This document shows, one piece after another, positions 11,687 to 24,114 of a stretch of 64,000 nt of DNA; position 1 is the first letter of the stretch; every line of letters begins with the position of its first letter. The notes beneath the pieces were generated by a model. That model worked only from the letters and a program-made list of their open reading frames with translations. It had not been told where the DNA came from and did no database searches. Origin of the DNA: Okamejei kenojei (lineage: Eukaryota); assembly GCA_035221665.1 (NCBI GenBank), contig CM069157.1, positions 30,256,001 to 30,320,000 of the forward strand, written 5' to 3'. The position numbers and the translations under genes are program-made.

Positions 11687-13284
11687 ATTTTCATTTTCAA
11701 ACGACATTAAGGGCACTCAAGGTCAGTAAAACCACACTCACAGATTTGTAGACATGTGTTCAGTGTTATTCACAGCTCAGACTGAGAGACATGACCTTCT
11801 TGCTCCCCCATCTTGCAGAGACTGACTGAGGCACTCAATACTTCCGGGTTTTATAGTCCCTCCGCAAGGGGAGTGGCCTTCAGGAGAGAGAATCTCAACA
11901 TTTTTAAAACACTAATAACTCTTTATTTTTATGCGATGGGAAAAATCCTCTTGGCCTGCGCAGCGGAGGGGGACTCTGAGTAAGATGGCCAAAAATCACA
12001 GCTGTAAGTGGCAGCTTTTTTTCTAAAATGAATATACAGAACAACAGGAAATGGTCAAGATCAGACTTTTAGTAATATAGATATGGGCCATAGATAAAGT
12101 GTATGTCACAGACTCTCTTTCCCCAACTAGCAGAGTCTAAAGAGGGTATAGATTTAAGGTGAGAGAGGAAAGATTTAAAAGGGAGCTGAGGGGCAACTTT
12201 TCTCATCGTGGGCATGTGGAACGTACAGCCAGAAAAAGTGATAGAGGCAGTACAATTACCAGGTTAAAGAGCATTTGGACAGGTACATGGTTCAGAGAGG
12301 TATGAGCCAAATGCAGGAGAGTGGGACTAGCTCAGCTGGACATCTTGATCTGCATGGATGAGTTGGTTTCTGGGTATGCTTCTGTGCTGTATAATTGTGT
12401 GACTGTATGAGTATTAGTTGGATCTCCGAATTGCTTGGGGAGTAACTGTTACCTCACCATCGCACTCGAGCCAATTACATGTTTTCTCATTTGCTGTGGC
12501 AGTAGTTTGAAAAGTCCATCATAACACATTATTCATACTAAACAAGTTCTTGGTGAAAGCAAGGCTAGTGTCTGTACATGTTAAAGATTCCTGAGCAGAT
12601 GTGACAGCTTCTACTTGGATTTGGTTTGGCAACTTTAACACTTGTCTGGATCCAGGCGGTACTGAAAGATCAGTCAGATTTCTACCATTTCAGCATCTGC
12701 GAAAAATGTCCTTTCATCAGTCTGGGTACCAGGTTGCGAGGAAACAAAATGCAGAGGAACTTACAGGTTTGCCTCTTTCTGTGTGAATCTTGAATATTTC
12801 TGACGAAGGCACAAAAATGGTCACACCCACTGAGTTACTCCAGCACTTTGTGTCTATCTTTGGTATAAAAAACTAACATCTGCAGTTCATTGTTTCCACA
12901 TGCCGTCTTCTTCACTGTGAAATCTCCTCAGGGTATGTCTCCTTTGAAGAAGTTATCCTCCTCTCTCTGACGGGAGTTTGCAACACCCTCTCTCACCGCT
13001 CCCCCTCTGTGTGGCTCCAGTTCTTCACCTCCCCTCTCCACCTCCTGCTTTCAGTCTGAGGACGGGTCCCGACCTGAACCGTCAGCCGAATCTCAACCTG
13101 CCTGCTGTCAGGAATGTGAGCAAATGGCATCCACACTGTCAATTGTCTTCATACATCAGCTGGGATCCAGCGCTACCAAAAACTCAACCTCATTAGTGAC
13201 CTTCGGATTATCTTTGATCAGTCTTTACTGGCTTTATCCCCGTATCATGTATCTAGACACTGTAAATGGCTTGATTGTTATTAT

Positions 13285-15015
13285 TAGAGCCAGGCTTTTG
13301 CCATAATTGCCATGTGCCTTTTCATGCCTTTTATGACGATTTCAGGAAGATAATGCCTTTTTCACGATTGATTGCCTAAATCAGCCTTTTTTGCCGTTTT
13401 AACGTAACTTACAAGAAAATTTACACTACCGGGGTGAAACCTGGCTGTAAGTGGGTGTTAAGTGGTGATTGGAGAGGGGTGCGTGGGAAAGGGTCCAGTC
13501 TTTGCCGACTGGTCATGCTTTAAGTAGGTGTGAAGTAGTGATTGGGGAAGAGTAGGTGGGGAAGGGTCCGGTCTTTTTAAACTGGAGTCAAGCTGTGAGT
13601 CGGTGTGACGTGTTGGTTGGGGTTACCAGGGTTAAGTTTCTGTTTATTGAACCTGCAGTAGAACTCGTTCAGGTCATTGGTCAGCTGACGATTGTCCAAG
13701 GAGCGGGGGATTTCCTCTTGTAGCTTGTGATTTCTTGCAAGCCCTTCCACACTGAAGAAGAGTCATTTGCTGAGAACTTGCTCCTCAACTTCTCAGAGTA
13801 CCTTTCCTTGGCAGCTCTGATTCCTCTTCTCGGCTTGTACTTGGCCTGCCTGTAGAGATCTGTATCCCCGCTCCTGTAGGATCTACCCCTGCAAGCGTCA
13901 AAATGCCTAAAGTCAAGTCAACGCCTTGTAAAAAACTGAACGATTTGGTGAGAGTGTACGGGAGTGATATATTCTCTACAGGCAACTGCAGTTTTGCAAC
14001 GCATGTGAGAAAGCAGTGAATCATGAGAACAAATATTTAATCTCCATGCATGTACAGACAGCTGAACACAAGTTGGCAGCAGAGAAACTGAAGGTAGGAA
14101 ATACGCAAGCTTGTCTCCTCACAACATTTACTGCTGACTCCAATTGCAAATCTGAGTTTTCGAGTGATCTGTGCAATGCATTCATTGATGCTGGAATTCC
14201 ACTGTGGAAATTGGAAAACAAATCTCTCATAGGTTTTTTTAGGGAAATACACAGAGGAACATATACCAAGCGAGTCATCATTACGGAAAAATTATGTTGA
14301 CAGCAACTTCAGCATTATTATGCAGAAAATTAGAGATGAAGTTGCATGCAACAAAATATGGATCTCAATAGACGAGATAGCTGATGCTGTGGGGAGATTT
14401 GTTGCCAATGTGGTCATTGGTACACTGGAGGCAGGTCAACCATTAAAGGAATATTTCTTGACATCGGAAGTATTGGAGAAGTCAAAGAGCTGAACTATTG
14501 CTCAGTTGTTTACATCTTCACTTGCTGTACTTTGTACTTAAAGATCCTGGTGCTGTAGGTGACGACATACAAGGAAAATGTGAGAGGGTGAATTTAGCTA
14601 ACAAAGATCTTGAAGAAATACAAAACATAGCTAAAGTTCTCAAAGGTAGTTGTAATGCACAAGATATCGACATGAATGTAGAGTTTGTAGTTTGTTTCAG
14701 GTATGTACCAGTGACCTCAGCTGGGGTAGAAAGTAGTTTTTCGCAACTGTAGCATATTCTGTCTGACAGACTGCATCGTTTAACAGCAGATAATTTGAAG
14801 AAATGCTGGTAGTTATGTGCAACCAGGCAACTTTGGTCATTTAATGTAGTATACCTTTTTATTATCATTTTTAACCATATTTTGGTGGTGGAAATATATG
14901 CCTTTTTATTGCTTTTTTGGCAATAAATGTCTTTATCGTGCCTTTTTTGTAATTTTATTATGCCGTTTTGCCTGCCTATTTCAGAGGTTTTTAGCACCTA
15001 AACATCCTGGCACTG
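13285..15015 (+). mobile_element. hAT-superfamily DNA transposon, internally deleted
   Basis: Termini TAGAGCCAGG / CCTGGCACTG. 8-bp TSD GTTATTAT (13277-13284) / GTTATCAT (15016-15023). Interrupts a Rex1-type tail. Confidence 0.85.
13903..14820 (+). pseudogene. hAT/CGGBP-like transposase, frameshifted and internally deleted
   Basis: MPKVKSTP..; FCNACEK...H..T..H zinc finger; DLCNAFIDAGIPLWKLEN; IPSESSLRKNYV; KIWISIDE (first catalytic D); YVPVTSAGVESSFS..LSDR (hAT C-terminal motif). Confidence 0.85.
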
Positions 15016-15149
15016 GTTATCATGTATTGTCCTTCCACTGACTGGTTAGCACGCGACAAAATTTTTTTACTGTACCTCGGTACACGTGGCAATAAACTAG
15101 GATTAAAACTAGCTGCTCCTCCAATTGGGGAAATTCCTATATCTACAAT

Positions 15150-15437
15150 GGAAAATAGAACATATTACAGAACAGCCCATGAACAGGCCCTTTGGCCCAT
15201 AATGTCCATCCTGAACATGATACCAGGTTAAACTAAATTCCTCTGCCTGCATGTAATCCATATTCCCCCATTCCCTGCATATCCACGTGCTTATCCCAAA
15301 GCCTCTTAAATCCCTTCTCCTTTATCTACCTCCACCACCACCATGGCAGTGCATTCCAACATCCCTCTCTGTGTAAAAAACGTAGCCAGCACATCTCCTT
15401 TAAACATTGCCCCTCTCACCTAAAAGCTATGCCCTTA
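15150..15437 (-). mobile_element. CR1 LINE 3' fragment
   Basis: GAACAGGCCCTTTGGCCC tail and CCCCTCTCACCTAAAAGCTATG motif, as in other copies. Confidence 0.75.
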
Positions 15438-16789
15438 GACACAGCTACATCAAGTGACAGACGTCATGTTGAAGAGGAGATATAGAAGAGCTAGGATATC
15501 AGAGACCGTAGGGAGGGAGGGCGAGAGAGAAGAGGAGGGGGAAGAGGAGAGAGAGGGGTGGAGGGGGAGTGGAGATATGGGGGAGATGTTCAAGAGGCCA
15601 TCCACACATTTGCTCCAAAGGAAATAGGAGCAGGCAGCTGTGGGGGTGAAGGACAGGTGCCAAGCATTTAATGAGTTAGATGCAGGGCTGCCAAAGGTCA
15701 GTGGCCTCAGAGATTGCAACATTGCTGCCTCACCCACTGCTCAATGAATGGTACCACCATCACTCACAATCGCCGGGAACCCGGATGATAGACAGACGCC
15801 GTAACCGGGAGGGAGCTGGGGACATCGGACGCAAGGAGCTGGGGCCGGTGGGAGGGTGAACCGGGATGAATGCCTCCAGCGCCTCCAAGGTCAGCTGCAG
15901 GAGGCATCGCTCTGGGACACAAAGATGGCCGGGCGAGGAGAGGGACGTCAGTTCACGGGAACTGCTCCTGTCCATCAAGCTCGCGGGCTGACCGGACTTT
16001 AGACTTTGAAAAATGGCACCAATAATGGCGGCGCCTGTATGTGTAATAAGTGCAATAATAATTTCACTGTGCAGTTGCATATACGATACGATACGATCCA
16101 ATAGACCTTTACTTATCCCAGGAGGGAAATTGGTCATATGGGAAATTGATCATATATGACAAATACAGTAAGGCACTATTGAACTATTGAACTATCAATC
16201 ACTCTCTGGTTGAAGTTTATTTGTTCCCTGGACCAGACCAAATGACCACAGGTTAGCACCTTGTCACAATCCTCATTTCTACTGCTGACTCCATCCAATC
16301 CTGATCCGAAACATTGCCTATCCATGTCCTCCAGAGGTGCAGCTTGACCTTGAGCACTTTGTATTTTTACACAGATTCCAGCATCTGCAGCCTATCTTAG
16401 AGGCATTACCCCAGTTCACCCTTCTACCGCCCCTTGCTCCTCGGGTCCAACATCTCCAGCTGCCGCCTGGTTACACTGGTTACAAGCCAGCATCTGCAGT
16501 TCCTTGTGTCTGCACGAGGCTCATTATCCTCTCCTTCACTAGAAATTTGTCAAAAATATTCACGCTGCCTCCGCATTTAGCGATTTACTGCATTTCACTT
16601 TCATTTTTTATATCCCATAATATCTTCCTCTGAAGTTCAGACTTTTTCCCAGCATTGGTGATCTGCTCAACAGAACTTTCTGACACAGAAATAGCAGTAT
16701 TTCCAGCATTGCTGTTTTACTGCAATTTCTTAGCGTATGGTATGTTTTTCTATTGAGAATCTGCTCTTAATGACACTGAGTCAAGTCTC

Positions 16790-17320
16790 CCAAGTTCACA
16801 AGTCATAGGAGTAGAATTAGGCCATTTGGCCCAACAAGTCCACTCCGACATTCAATCATGGCTGAGCTCTGCCTCCTAATCCCATTTTCCTGCCTACTTC
16901 CCATGACCCTTAACACCCGTTCTAATCAAGAATTTGTCTCTATCTGCCTTAAAAATATCCACTGACGTGGCCTCCACAGCTCTCTGTGGCAATGTATTCC
17001 ACAGATTAACTACCCTCTGACTAAAGAAGTTCCTCCTCACCTCCTTTCTAAAAGCTCCCTTTAATTCTGAGGCTATGACCTCCAGTCCTAGACTCTCCCA
17101 CCAGTGGAAACATCCTTTCCACATCCACTCTATCTATGCCTTTCATTAGACTGTAAGTTTCAATGAAGTCCCATCTCGCCCTTCTAAACTCCAGCGAGTA
17201 CAGGCCCAGTGCTGTCAAACGCTCATCGTATGCTAACCCACTCATTCCTGGAATCATTCTTGTAAACCTCCTCTGGACCCTCTCCAGTGCCAACACATCC
17301 TTCCTCAGATATGGTGCCCA
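16790..17320 (-). mobile_element. CR1 LINE 3' fragment
   Basis: YLRKDVLALERVQRRFTRMIPGMSGLAYDERLTALGLYSLEFRR. Confidence 0.9.
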
Positions 17321-17979
17321 AGTGTCCTCTGATCCAAAGGGGAGGCTTGCCCATGCTAGGAAATATATTGTCAATTTGCTGTCTACCTGAAGAAGGGTCC
17401 CAACCTGAATTGTCACCGATCCACGTTCTCCAGAGATGCTGCCTGACCCGCTTAATCATTCCAACACTCTGTCTCCTTTCTTGTCAATATTGTTAGGTAA
17501 AAACTGTGAACCTTACAGAAGGTTTTGGAAGAATTATGCGTATTAAGATTTGATAACAATGCAGGACTTGAATAAGCAATAATCATTGGTGCCTTTACTT
17601 GAAATCTTCGTCCACCAACTCTTGTTGGAGCACTTCAAAACCAGCGATCACCCTCTTTATAATTATAACTTTAATCTGATCCTAATTAATGTTGTCAAAA
17701 CACTAGTATGATTATGCTTTAGATTTGGTTCATTAAAGCTAAATGTGATTATGCTAATGACTGGATTCTATCAAAGTTTGTTTAATGTACCTGATTAAAG
17801 TTCAGTGTTAGTTCAGAAACGTAATCATTAACACTTTGAAATGTGGCGATGTACAAAAATGAAATGTGCCCACTGTAACGGCTGTCTGGTTAAACTATTA
17901 CACGCTCAATCTGCCTTATTTTGAACTCAGTGTTAAATCGTTTCTTCTTGAGCTTAGGAATAATCTCTTCATTCCTCTG

Positions 17980-18283
17980 TTAGAGATACAGTGCAGAAAC
18001 AGGCCCATTGGCCCACCGAGTCCGCACAGACCAGCGATCCCCGCACATTAACACTATCCAACACACACTAGGAACAATTTACAATTATACCAAGCCAATT
18101 AACCTACAAACCTGTGCGTCTTTGGAGTGTGGGAGGAAACTGAAGATCTCGGAGAAAACTCACGCGGACACGGGAGAACATACAAACTCCGTATAGACAG
18201 CACCCGTAGTTGGGATCGATCCCAGGTCCCTGGCGCTGCAAGTGCTGTGAGGCAGCAACTCTACCGCTGCGCCACCGTGGCCC
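17980..18283 (-). mobile_element. HE1-like V-SINE, near full length
   Basis: Head GCCACGGTGGCGCAGCGGTAGAGTTGCTGCCTCACAGC on the minus strand, with core and CR1 tail. Confidence 0.9.
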
Positions 18284-18879
18284 CCCTCTTGCCCAATGGG
18301 GGAGGGGAGAAGATGGAGTGACCGACGTGAGGCCGATCCTTGATTATGCTGGTGGCCTTGCCGAGGCAGCGTGAAGTGTAGAGTGAGTCGCTGGATGGGA
18401 GCTTGGTTTGCCAGATGCAATCAGGTAAACTCTTGTACAGTTATCACAGTCGGCTTTAGTTCCTTGTGTGTAGATGGCCTATTTAATTTTTTGCAGAACC
18501 TAATGTACTCATGTGCTATGATTTGTGTGGATAGCACGCAAACCAAGGCTTCTCGCTGTGTCTCTGTGGATATGACAATAATAGATCAATACCAATACCC
18601 ATACAACTGTCACAATCACAAAATAACTTTGTTGACTATAATTTACTTTGGGACACCCTGATGTGAGAAATACGATACAAGTGCAAAATTATCTTTCTCC
18701 CCTCTGTCCACTGAATTCTTCAACAAAGCACAGCGTTGCAACTGGTAGAGCTGCTGTCTCACAAAGCTAAGGTTCAGGGTTTGATCACGACCTTGGATGC
18801 TCTCTTATCTTCCCCCCGTGACCTCTGGGTGCTCCGGTTTCCACCCACATCTCAAACAGGTTTGTAGGTTAAATAGAAG

Positions 18880-19205
18880 AGAACTACAGACGCTGGTTTG
18901 TACCGAAGATAGACACAAGGTGCTGGAGTAAATCAGCGAGTAAGGCAGCATCTCTGGAGAAAAAAGATGGGTGACGTTTCGGGTCGGAACCCTTCTTCAG
19001 AATGAAAGTAGAGGGGAGGGAACCGGAGGTAGGAGAAGGCCAGAACAAATCACAGGCAACAGATGACCAAGGAAGGATGGAGCACACAATGGTCAATTGT
19101 TGGCTGGGGGGGATAAAAAAGTGTTGGGTTGTAAGCTGCCCAAGTGAAATATGGGGTACAGTTCCTCCAATTTACATCAGGCCTCACTCTGACAGTGGAG
19201 GAGGC
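18880..19205 (-). mobile_element. Penelope 3' end/pLTR fragment with intact hammerhead core
   Basis: 18973-19000 on the minus strand reads CTGAAGAAGGGTTCCGACCCGAAACGTC. Confidence 0.8.
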
Positions 19206-19651
19206 CCATGACAGGTGCCTCCAAAAATAAACTATATTTAATACCGCAGGACTATGTTACACTGGTGCCATAAAGAAATAAATCAGCCCATGTTCCTGTT
19301 TACTACTTATAAATAAGCAGTGATCAATGAAAGTGATTGGTTCGATCTTTCATCTAACCTGAGTCTCAGCATAGTGTCACTTTTGTTAATAAGGTTTTGG
19401 ATAATACAGTCTTGAGCAAAACAATAAGTGCTAGAGAACTCAGCAGGTCAGGCAGTGTCCGTGGTTGGAATAGGCAGACGATGTCCCCCTAGTCTTTACA
19501 TTTCACTCCTCCTCTCTCCTTATCTGACATCCTTTTGTCTCCCCTTCATCTCTAGCCTTTGTTGCATAGGTTACCTTCTAAAATATTTTACTTCTTTTAT
19601 GATAACTTCCTAAAAGAATCAGAGAAAACCTGAAGGAATAATCCTGCCAAA

Positions 19652-20252
19652 TGTGGAGGTATTCTGGTTTGTGATGATGTGACATTACATTATGCATGTG
19701 TCACCTAATAAGTATAAAGGATGGATTTGCCTTTGTTTTATTGGTAAACTCTAAATGCGAGGAAAAGTCCAATTGTGAAAAAGACTGCCTGCAATCCCAG
19801 TGAGAATATCTTGGTTATGAAATGATTGAAGAGTTTATTTTATTAGCTTGACTTTTTTTGGGGTTCTGAAAAAGCTGAGGTTTGTTATTCTGTAGTATGC
19901 TAGAAAAGCTGTGGTAATCAGGAAGCCTGCATCCTAAAGTTTGTGATCCATGTAACCATAGATGACAAGTATTGTGTCAGTGACAAGTATACTTTGAATG
20001 GGTACAGCCTGTGATTGATTTGTGTTAAACGTCATTGCTGCAACTCTGTATAAACGTGACTATGTTTCCAAAATACTATAAATGATGCTGTATGTCTTCA
20101 TTCATTAGAGTGGTGGCTCAGGCAGAGTTGAGTGTCTGTTGCATACTTGACTCTGTATCCCTGACACTCTCGCCGGCTGATGATCAGTAAAGCTTGTGTT
20201 GGTTTACCTAACCCATTGTGAGTTGTCTGTCTTTAAGAAATGAGCCTTAACA
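19652..20252 (+). mobile_element. Probable solo LTR
   Basis: TGTGGAGG...CCTTAACA ends; flanks CAAA/CAAG; TATA-like CTATAAAT ~20077 followed by AGTAAA ~20186. Confidence 0.45.
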
Positions 20253-21339
20253 CAAGGACAGATGTTTATTTTCCTCTAACCCTTTGCCAGAGAAACAAGA
20301 TGTAATTGCTGTTTACCATTATACAGATATAAAAAATATACTTCATCTGTCCTTTATGAAGATTAAGATGTTTAATGTTACAACAAAGATTATTTCCACG
20401 TGTCCTATCGTCAAAAGTGATTAGTTACTCAGCTGTTATCATGCTGTTTTCGATTGTGATGCCGCATTCAATGCAGCTTGCACACATACTCCCTCTCTTC
20501 CTGCATTTTATTTTCAGCTCTGTCCATAGTAATGCGTGAGAGCATCTTAATCAATTGTTGATGCAAGAGTATGTACATATTACTCTGACTGCCTCTCTCC
20601 ATGGCCATTCACTGAATCTGCTGCCACCATTTCTCCTCAATGGCCCATCTATGGAGATTGTTTTCATCTAGATGTACTCCTACCTATCCCACTACAAAAG
20701 CATGCCATTTTAACTTCACGTGACATCCTCAGATGTTACCTGATGCCCACCACTATCTTCTTCATTTACGAGTGTCGTTCATTCGCTCGTGTGACAGACG
20801 ACGTGTAGCTCGCTGTTGGCTTCTGTCGTCGTCCAACATGTTGACAGAATTGGTCACCCGACGCGTCACAGAGTGCATCGTGCCATGGTGATGTCCACGA
20901 GGAGGCTTCTGTCATGATCCCCATTTACGTGTCAATATGTGGTGTTTTTTTTTCATAACAGCAAGAATGCAATCTTTTTCGGCGGTGCCTCAATATACTT
21001 TTCGGTCATAGAACCATTGTGAACTTCAGCACATAAACAGGCCCTTCGGCACTTCAAGTCTGATGGCCAAGATCAAGTCAGTCCCATCAACCACCCATTT
21101 ACACCAATCTCCCTTTTCATTCTCACCATGTTCTCATGAACTCCAATCAGATTCTGCCACTTACTTGCACAAGATGGGCAATTTACACAGCCAATTAACC
21201 AAATAACTCATTTGTTTTGGGATGTGAGAAGAAACCAGAGCACCCCGGAATAAACCCACAGTCACGGGGTGACTGAGCAACTCCACACAAACAGCACCCG
21301 AGGTCAGCATGGAACCCACAAATTTCACACTCCTCCTAC

Positions 21340-21960
21340 CTGAGATAGGAGGTGCCTGATAGGATGAATGGTGGGCAGTTTGCGACATGGTGCACTCCTT
21401 CCGTAGCTTCTGGTCCGAATGCATGGAGGTGAGGAATATCAGGAATATCATCCTAAATCATCCTCCCCACTTTGAGTGGTCATGGGCCAGAGATTTCCAG
21501 GAGTCTCTGGTGTAAATTTTTTGACAAGGTTTTGAGTGTATCCTTAATTTTTTTCCCGTTTGTACCTTGGTAATCTCTTCCAAAGTTAGAGGTTGGAATA
21601 GTGTCTGTTTCAGGAGACGTATCAGGCATGCAGCCAATGAGCTTAGCCCATCATAGCCAACTAAGTGTTTAGGCCTCACCGCTGGTGGTATTAGCCTGGG
21701 GGCGGGCAGTAATATTGGTGCACACCCCTTCATTAAAGATGGGGCATGACAACCACAATGGTGGTGTTTTTATAATGTATTGAAGTGTCTGCTCCAGAAA
21801 ATCCACAATTCCGAAGTATAGGCGAAGGGCAGGGAATTTTGTTGCTCATTAGATCTTGCGTTTTGTCACAGATCTTGATCTTCAAACACACTTTCCTCAG
21901 TTGGTCAATGGCTGAGTTGAACGTGCAATGAATCCAGAAGGAGCATCATTTAATATCATG
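21340..21960 (-). mobile_element. RTE-type LINE 3' fragment (old)
   Basis: Degenerate RTE C-terminal peptide (IRLLKQTLF...RDSWKSLAHDHSKW...KLRKEC). Confidence 0.6.
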
Positions 21961-21979
21961 CACGTTGTCACTATGACCA

Positions 21980-22180
21980 GATGGGTTTCCACCGGAGACT
22001 CCGGTTTCCTCCCACATCCCAAAGACGGACAGGTTTGTAGGTTAATTGGCAGCTGTGAATTGCCCCCTAGTGTGTAGGGATTGGATGAGAATGTGGGATG
22101 GAACTTGTGTGAATGGATGATCGGCGTGGACTCTGTGGGCTGAAGGGCCTGTTTCCACGCTGTATCTCTAAACTAAAACA
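21980..22180 (+). mobile_element. HE1-like SINE 3' part
   Basis: Core and tail GAAGGGCCTGTTTCCACGCTGTATCTCTAAACTAA. Confidence 0.8.
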
Positions 22181-22265
22181 TCTTGGTTTAGTTTAGATAG
22201 ACACAAAATGCTGGTGGACAGTAAGAATGGGTGACATTTCGGATCGAGACCCTTCTTCACACTTA

Positions 22266-23882
22266 CAGTGGCTTGCAAACGTTTTCATACCCCTTGAACT
22301 TTTCCACATTTTGTCACGTTGCAACCACAAATGTAAATGTATTTTATTGGGATTTTATGTGATAGACCAACACAAAGTGGCGCATAATTGTGAAGTGGAA
22401 GGAAAATGATACATGGTTTTCAAATTTTTTTACAAATAAAAAACTGAAAAGTGTGGCGTGCAAAAGTATTCAGCCCCCTTTACTCTGATACCCCTAAATA
22501 AAATCCAGTGCAACCAATTGCCTTCAGAAGTCACCTAATTAGTAAATAGAGTCCACTTGTGTGTAATCTAATCTCAGTATAAATACAGCTGTTTTGTGAA
22601 GGCCTCAGAGGTTTGTTAGAGAACATTAGGGAACAAACAGCATCATGAAGCCCAAGGAACACACCAGACAGGTCAGGGATAAAGTTGTGGAGAAGTTTAA
22701 AGCAGGGTTAGGTTATAAAAAAATATCCCAAACTTTGAACGTCTCACGGAGCACTGTTCAATCCATCATCCGAAAATGGAAAGAGTATGGCACAACTGCA
22801 AACCTACCAAGACATGGCCGTCCACCTAAACTGACAGGCCGGGCAAGGAGAGAATTGATCAGAGAAGCAGCCAAGAGGCCCATGGTAACTCTGGAGGAGC
22901 TGCAGAGATCCACAGCTCAGGTGGGGAGAATCTGTCCACAGGGCAAACTATTAGTCGTGCACTCCACAAATCGGGCCTTTATGGAAGAGCGGCAAGAAGA
23001 AAGCCATTGTTGAAACAAAGCCATAAGAAGTCCCGTTTGCAGTTTGCCACAAGTCATGTGGGGGACACAGCAAATATGTGGAGGAAGGTGCTCTGGTCTG
23101 ATGAGACCAAAATTGAAGTTTTTGGCCTAAATGCAAAATGCTATGTGTGGCGGAAAACTAACACTGCACATCACCCTGAACACACCATCCCCACTGTGAA
23201 ACATGGTGGTGGCAGCATCATGCTGTGGGGATGCTTTTCTTCAGCAGGGACAGGGAAGCTGGTCAGAGTTGATGGGAAGATGGATGGAGCCAAATACAGG
23301 GCAATCTTGGAAGAAAACCTGTTAGAGTCTGCAAAAGACTTGAGACTGGGGCGGAGGTTCACCTTCCAGCAGGACAACGACCCTAAACATACTGCCAGAG
23401 CTACAATGGAATGGTTTAGATCAAAGCATATTTATGTGTTAGAATGGCCCAGTCAAAGTCCAGACCTAAATCATATTGAGAATCTCTGGCAAGACTTGAA
23501 AATTGCTGTTCACAGACACTCTCCATCCAATCTGACTGATTGAGCTATTTTGCAAAGAAGAATGGGCAAAAATTTCAGTCTCTAGATGTGCAAAGCTGGT
23601 AGAGACATACCCCAAAAGACTTGCAGCTGTAATTGCAGCGAAAGGTGGTTCTACAAAGTATTGACTCAGGGGGGCTGAATACTTTTGCACGTCACACTTT
23701 TCAGTTTTTTATTTGTAATAAAATTTAGAAACTATGTATCATTTTCCTCCCACTTCACAATTATGCGCCACTTTGTGTTGGTCTATCACATAAAATCCCA
23801 ATAAAATACATTTACGTTTGTGGTTGTAACGTGACAAAATGTGGAAAAGCTCAAGGGGTATGAAAACTTTTGCAAGCCTCTG
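22266..23882 (+). mobile_element. Full-length Tc1 (DD34E) transposon, Passport/Eagle-like
   Basis: TA TSD on both sides; ~210-bp TIRs (CAGTGGCTTGCAAA... / ...TTTGCAAGCCTCTG); 1617 bp. Confidence 0.95.
22645..23664 (+). pseudogene. Tc1 transposase with small frameshifts (~22925-22950 and ~23540)
   Basis: GRPPK linker, WSDETK, QQDND-x-NHIE with 34 residues between D and E; ends AAKGGSTKY*. Confidence 0.95.
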
Positions 23883-24019
23883 TAGTTTAGTTTAGTTTAG
23901 TGTCATGTGTACAGAGGTACAGTGAAATGTTTTTGTTGCATGCTAATCAGTCAGCGGAAAGATGATACATGATTACAATCGCAATGTCCACAGTGTACAG
24001 ATACATGATAAAAGTGATA

Positions 24020-24114
24020 GGTAGACAAAAGTGCTGGAGAAACTCAGCGGGTGCGGCAGCATCTATGGAGCGAAGGAAATAGGCAACGTTTCGGGCCGAA
24101 AACCTTCTTCAGAC
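24020..24114 (-). mobile_element. Stand-alone 95-nt hammerhead module with 12-bp TSD
   Basis: ATAAAAGTGATA (24008-24019) / ATAAAAGGGATA (24115-24126) flank the reverse complement of GTCTGAAGAAGG..GAAACGTT..TGTCTAC. Confidence 0.8.

Larger units (their letters stand above)
10668..12081 (-). mobile_element. Non-autonomous Helitron
   Basis: Minus strand starts A|TCTATATTACTAAAAG and ends ...GGGTCCCACTTAGTCTAG|T. Subterminal hairpin GGGACC..GGTCCC near 10679-10703. Inserted at AT with no TSD. Confidence 0.85.
10385..12410 (+). mobile_element. CR1 LINE fragment split by a Helitron (10385-10667 and 12082-12410)
   Basis: CR1 sequence ...AGAGATTTATAAAATTA | TATGGGCCATAGATAAAGTG... is continuous across the insertion. 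Confidence 0.75.

Noticed and set aside
18200-18283. tRNA-like sequences (also ~7790-7830, 43190-43250, 46580-46635, 54855-54922)
   Set aside because: They are SINE heads continuing into the core and CR1 tail; no complete cloverleaf.
20760-20935. CpG-rich patch possibly a MITE remnant or exon
   Set aside because: I could not identify TIRs, a TSD, splice boundaries or an ORF.
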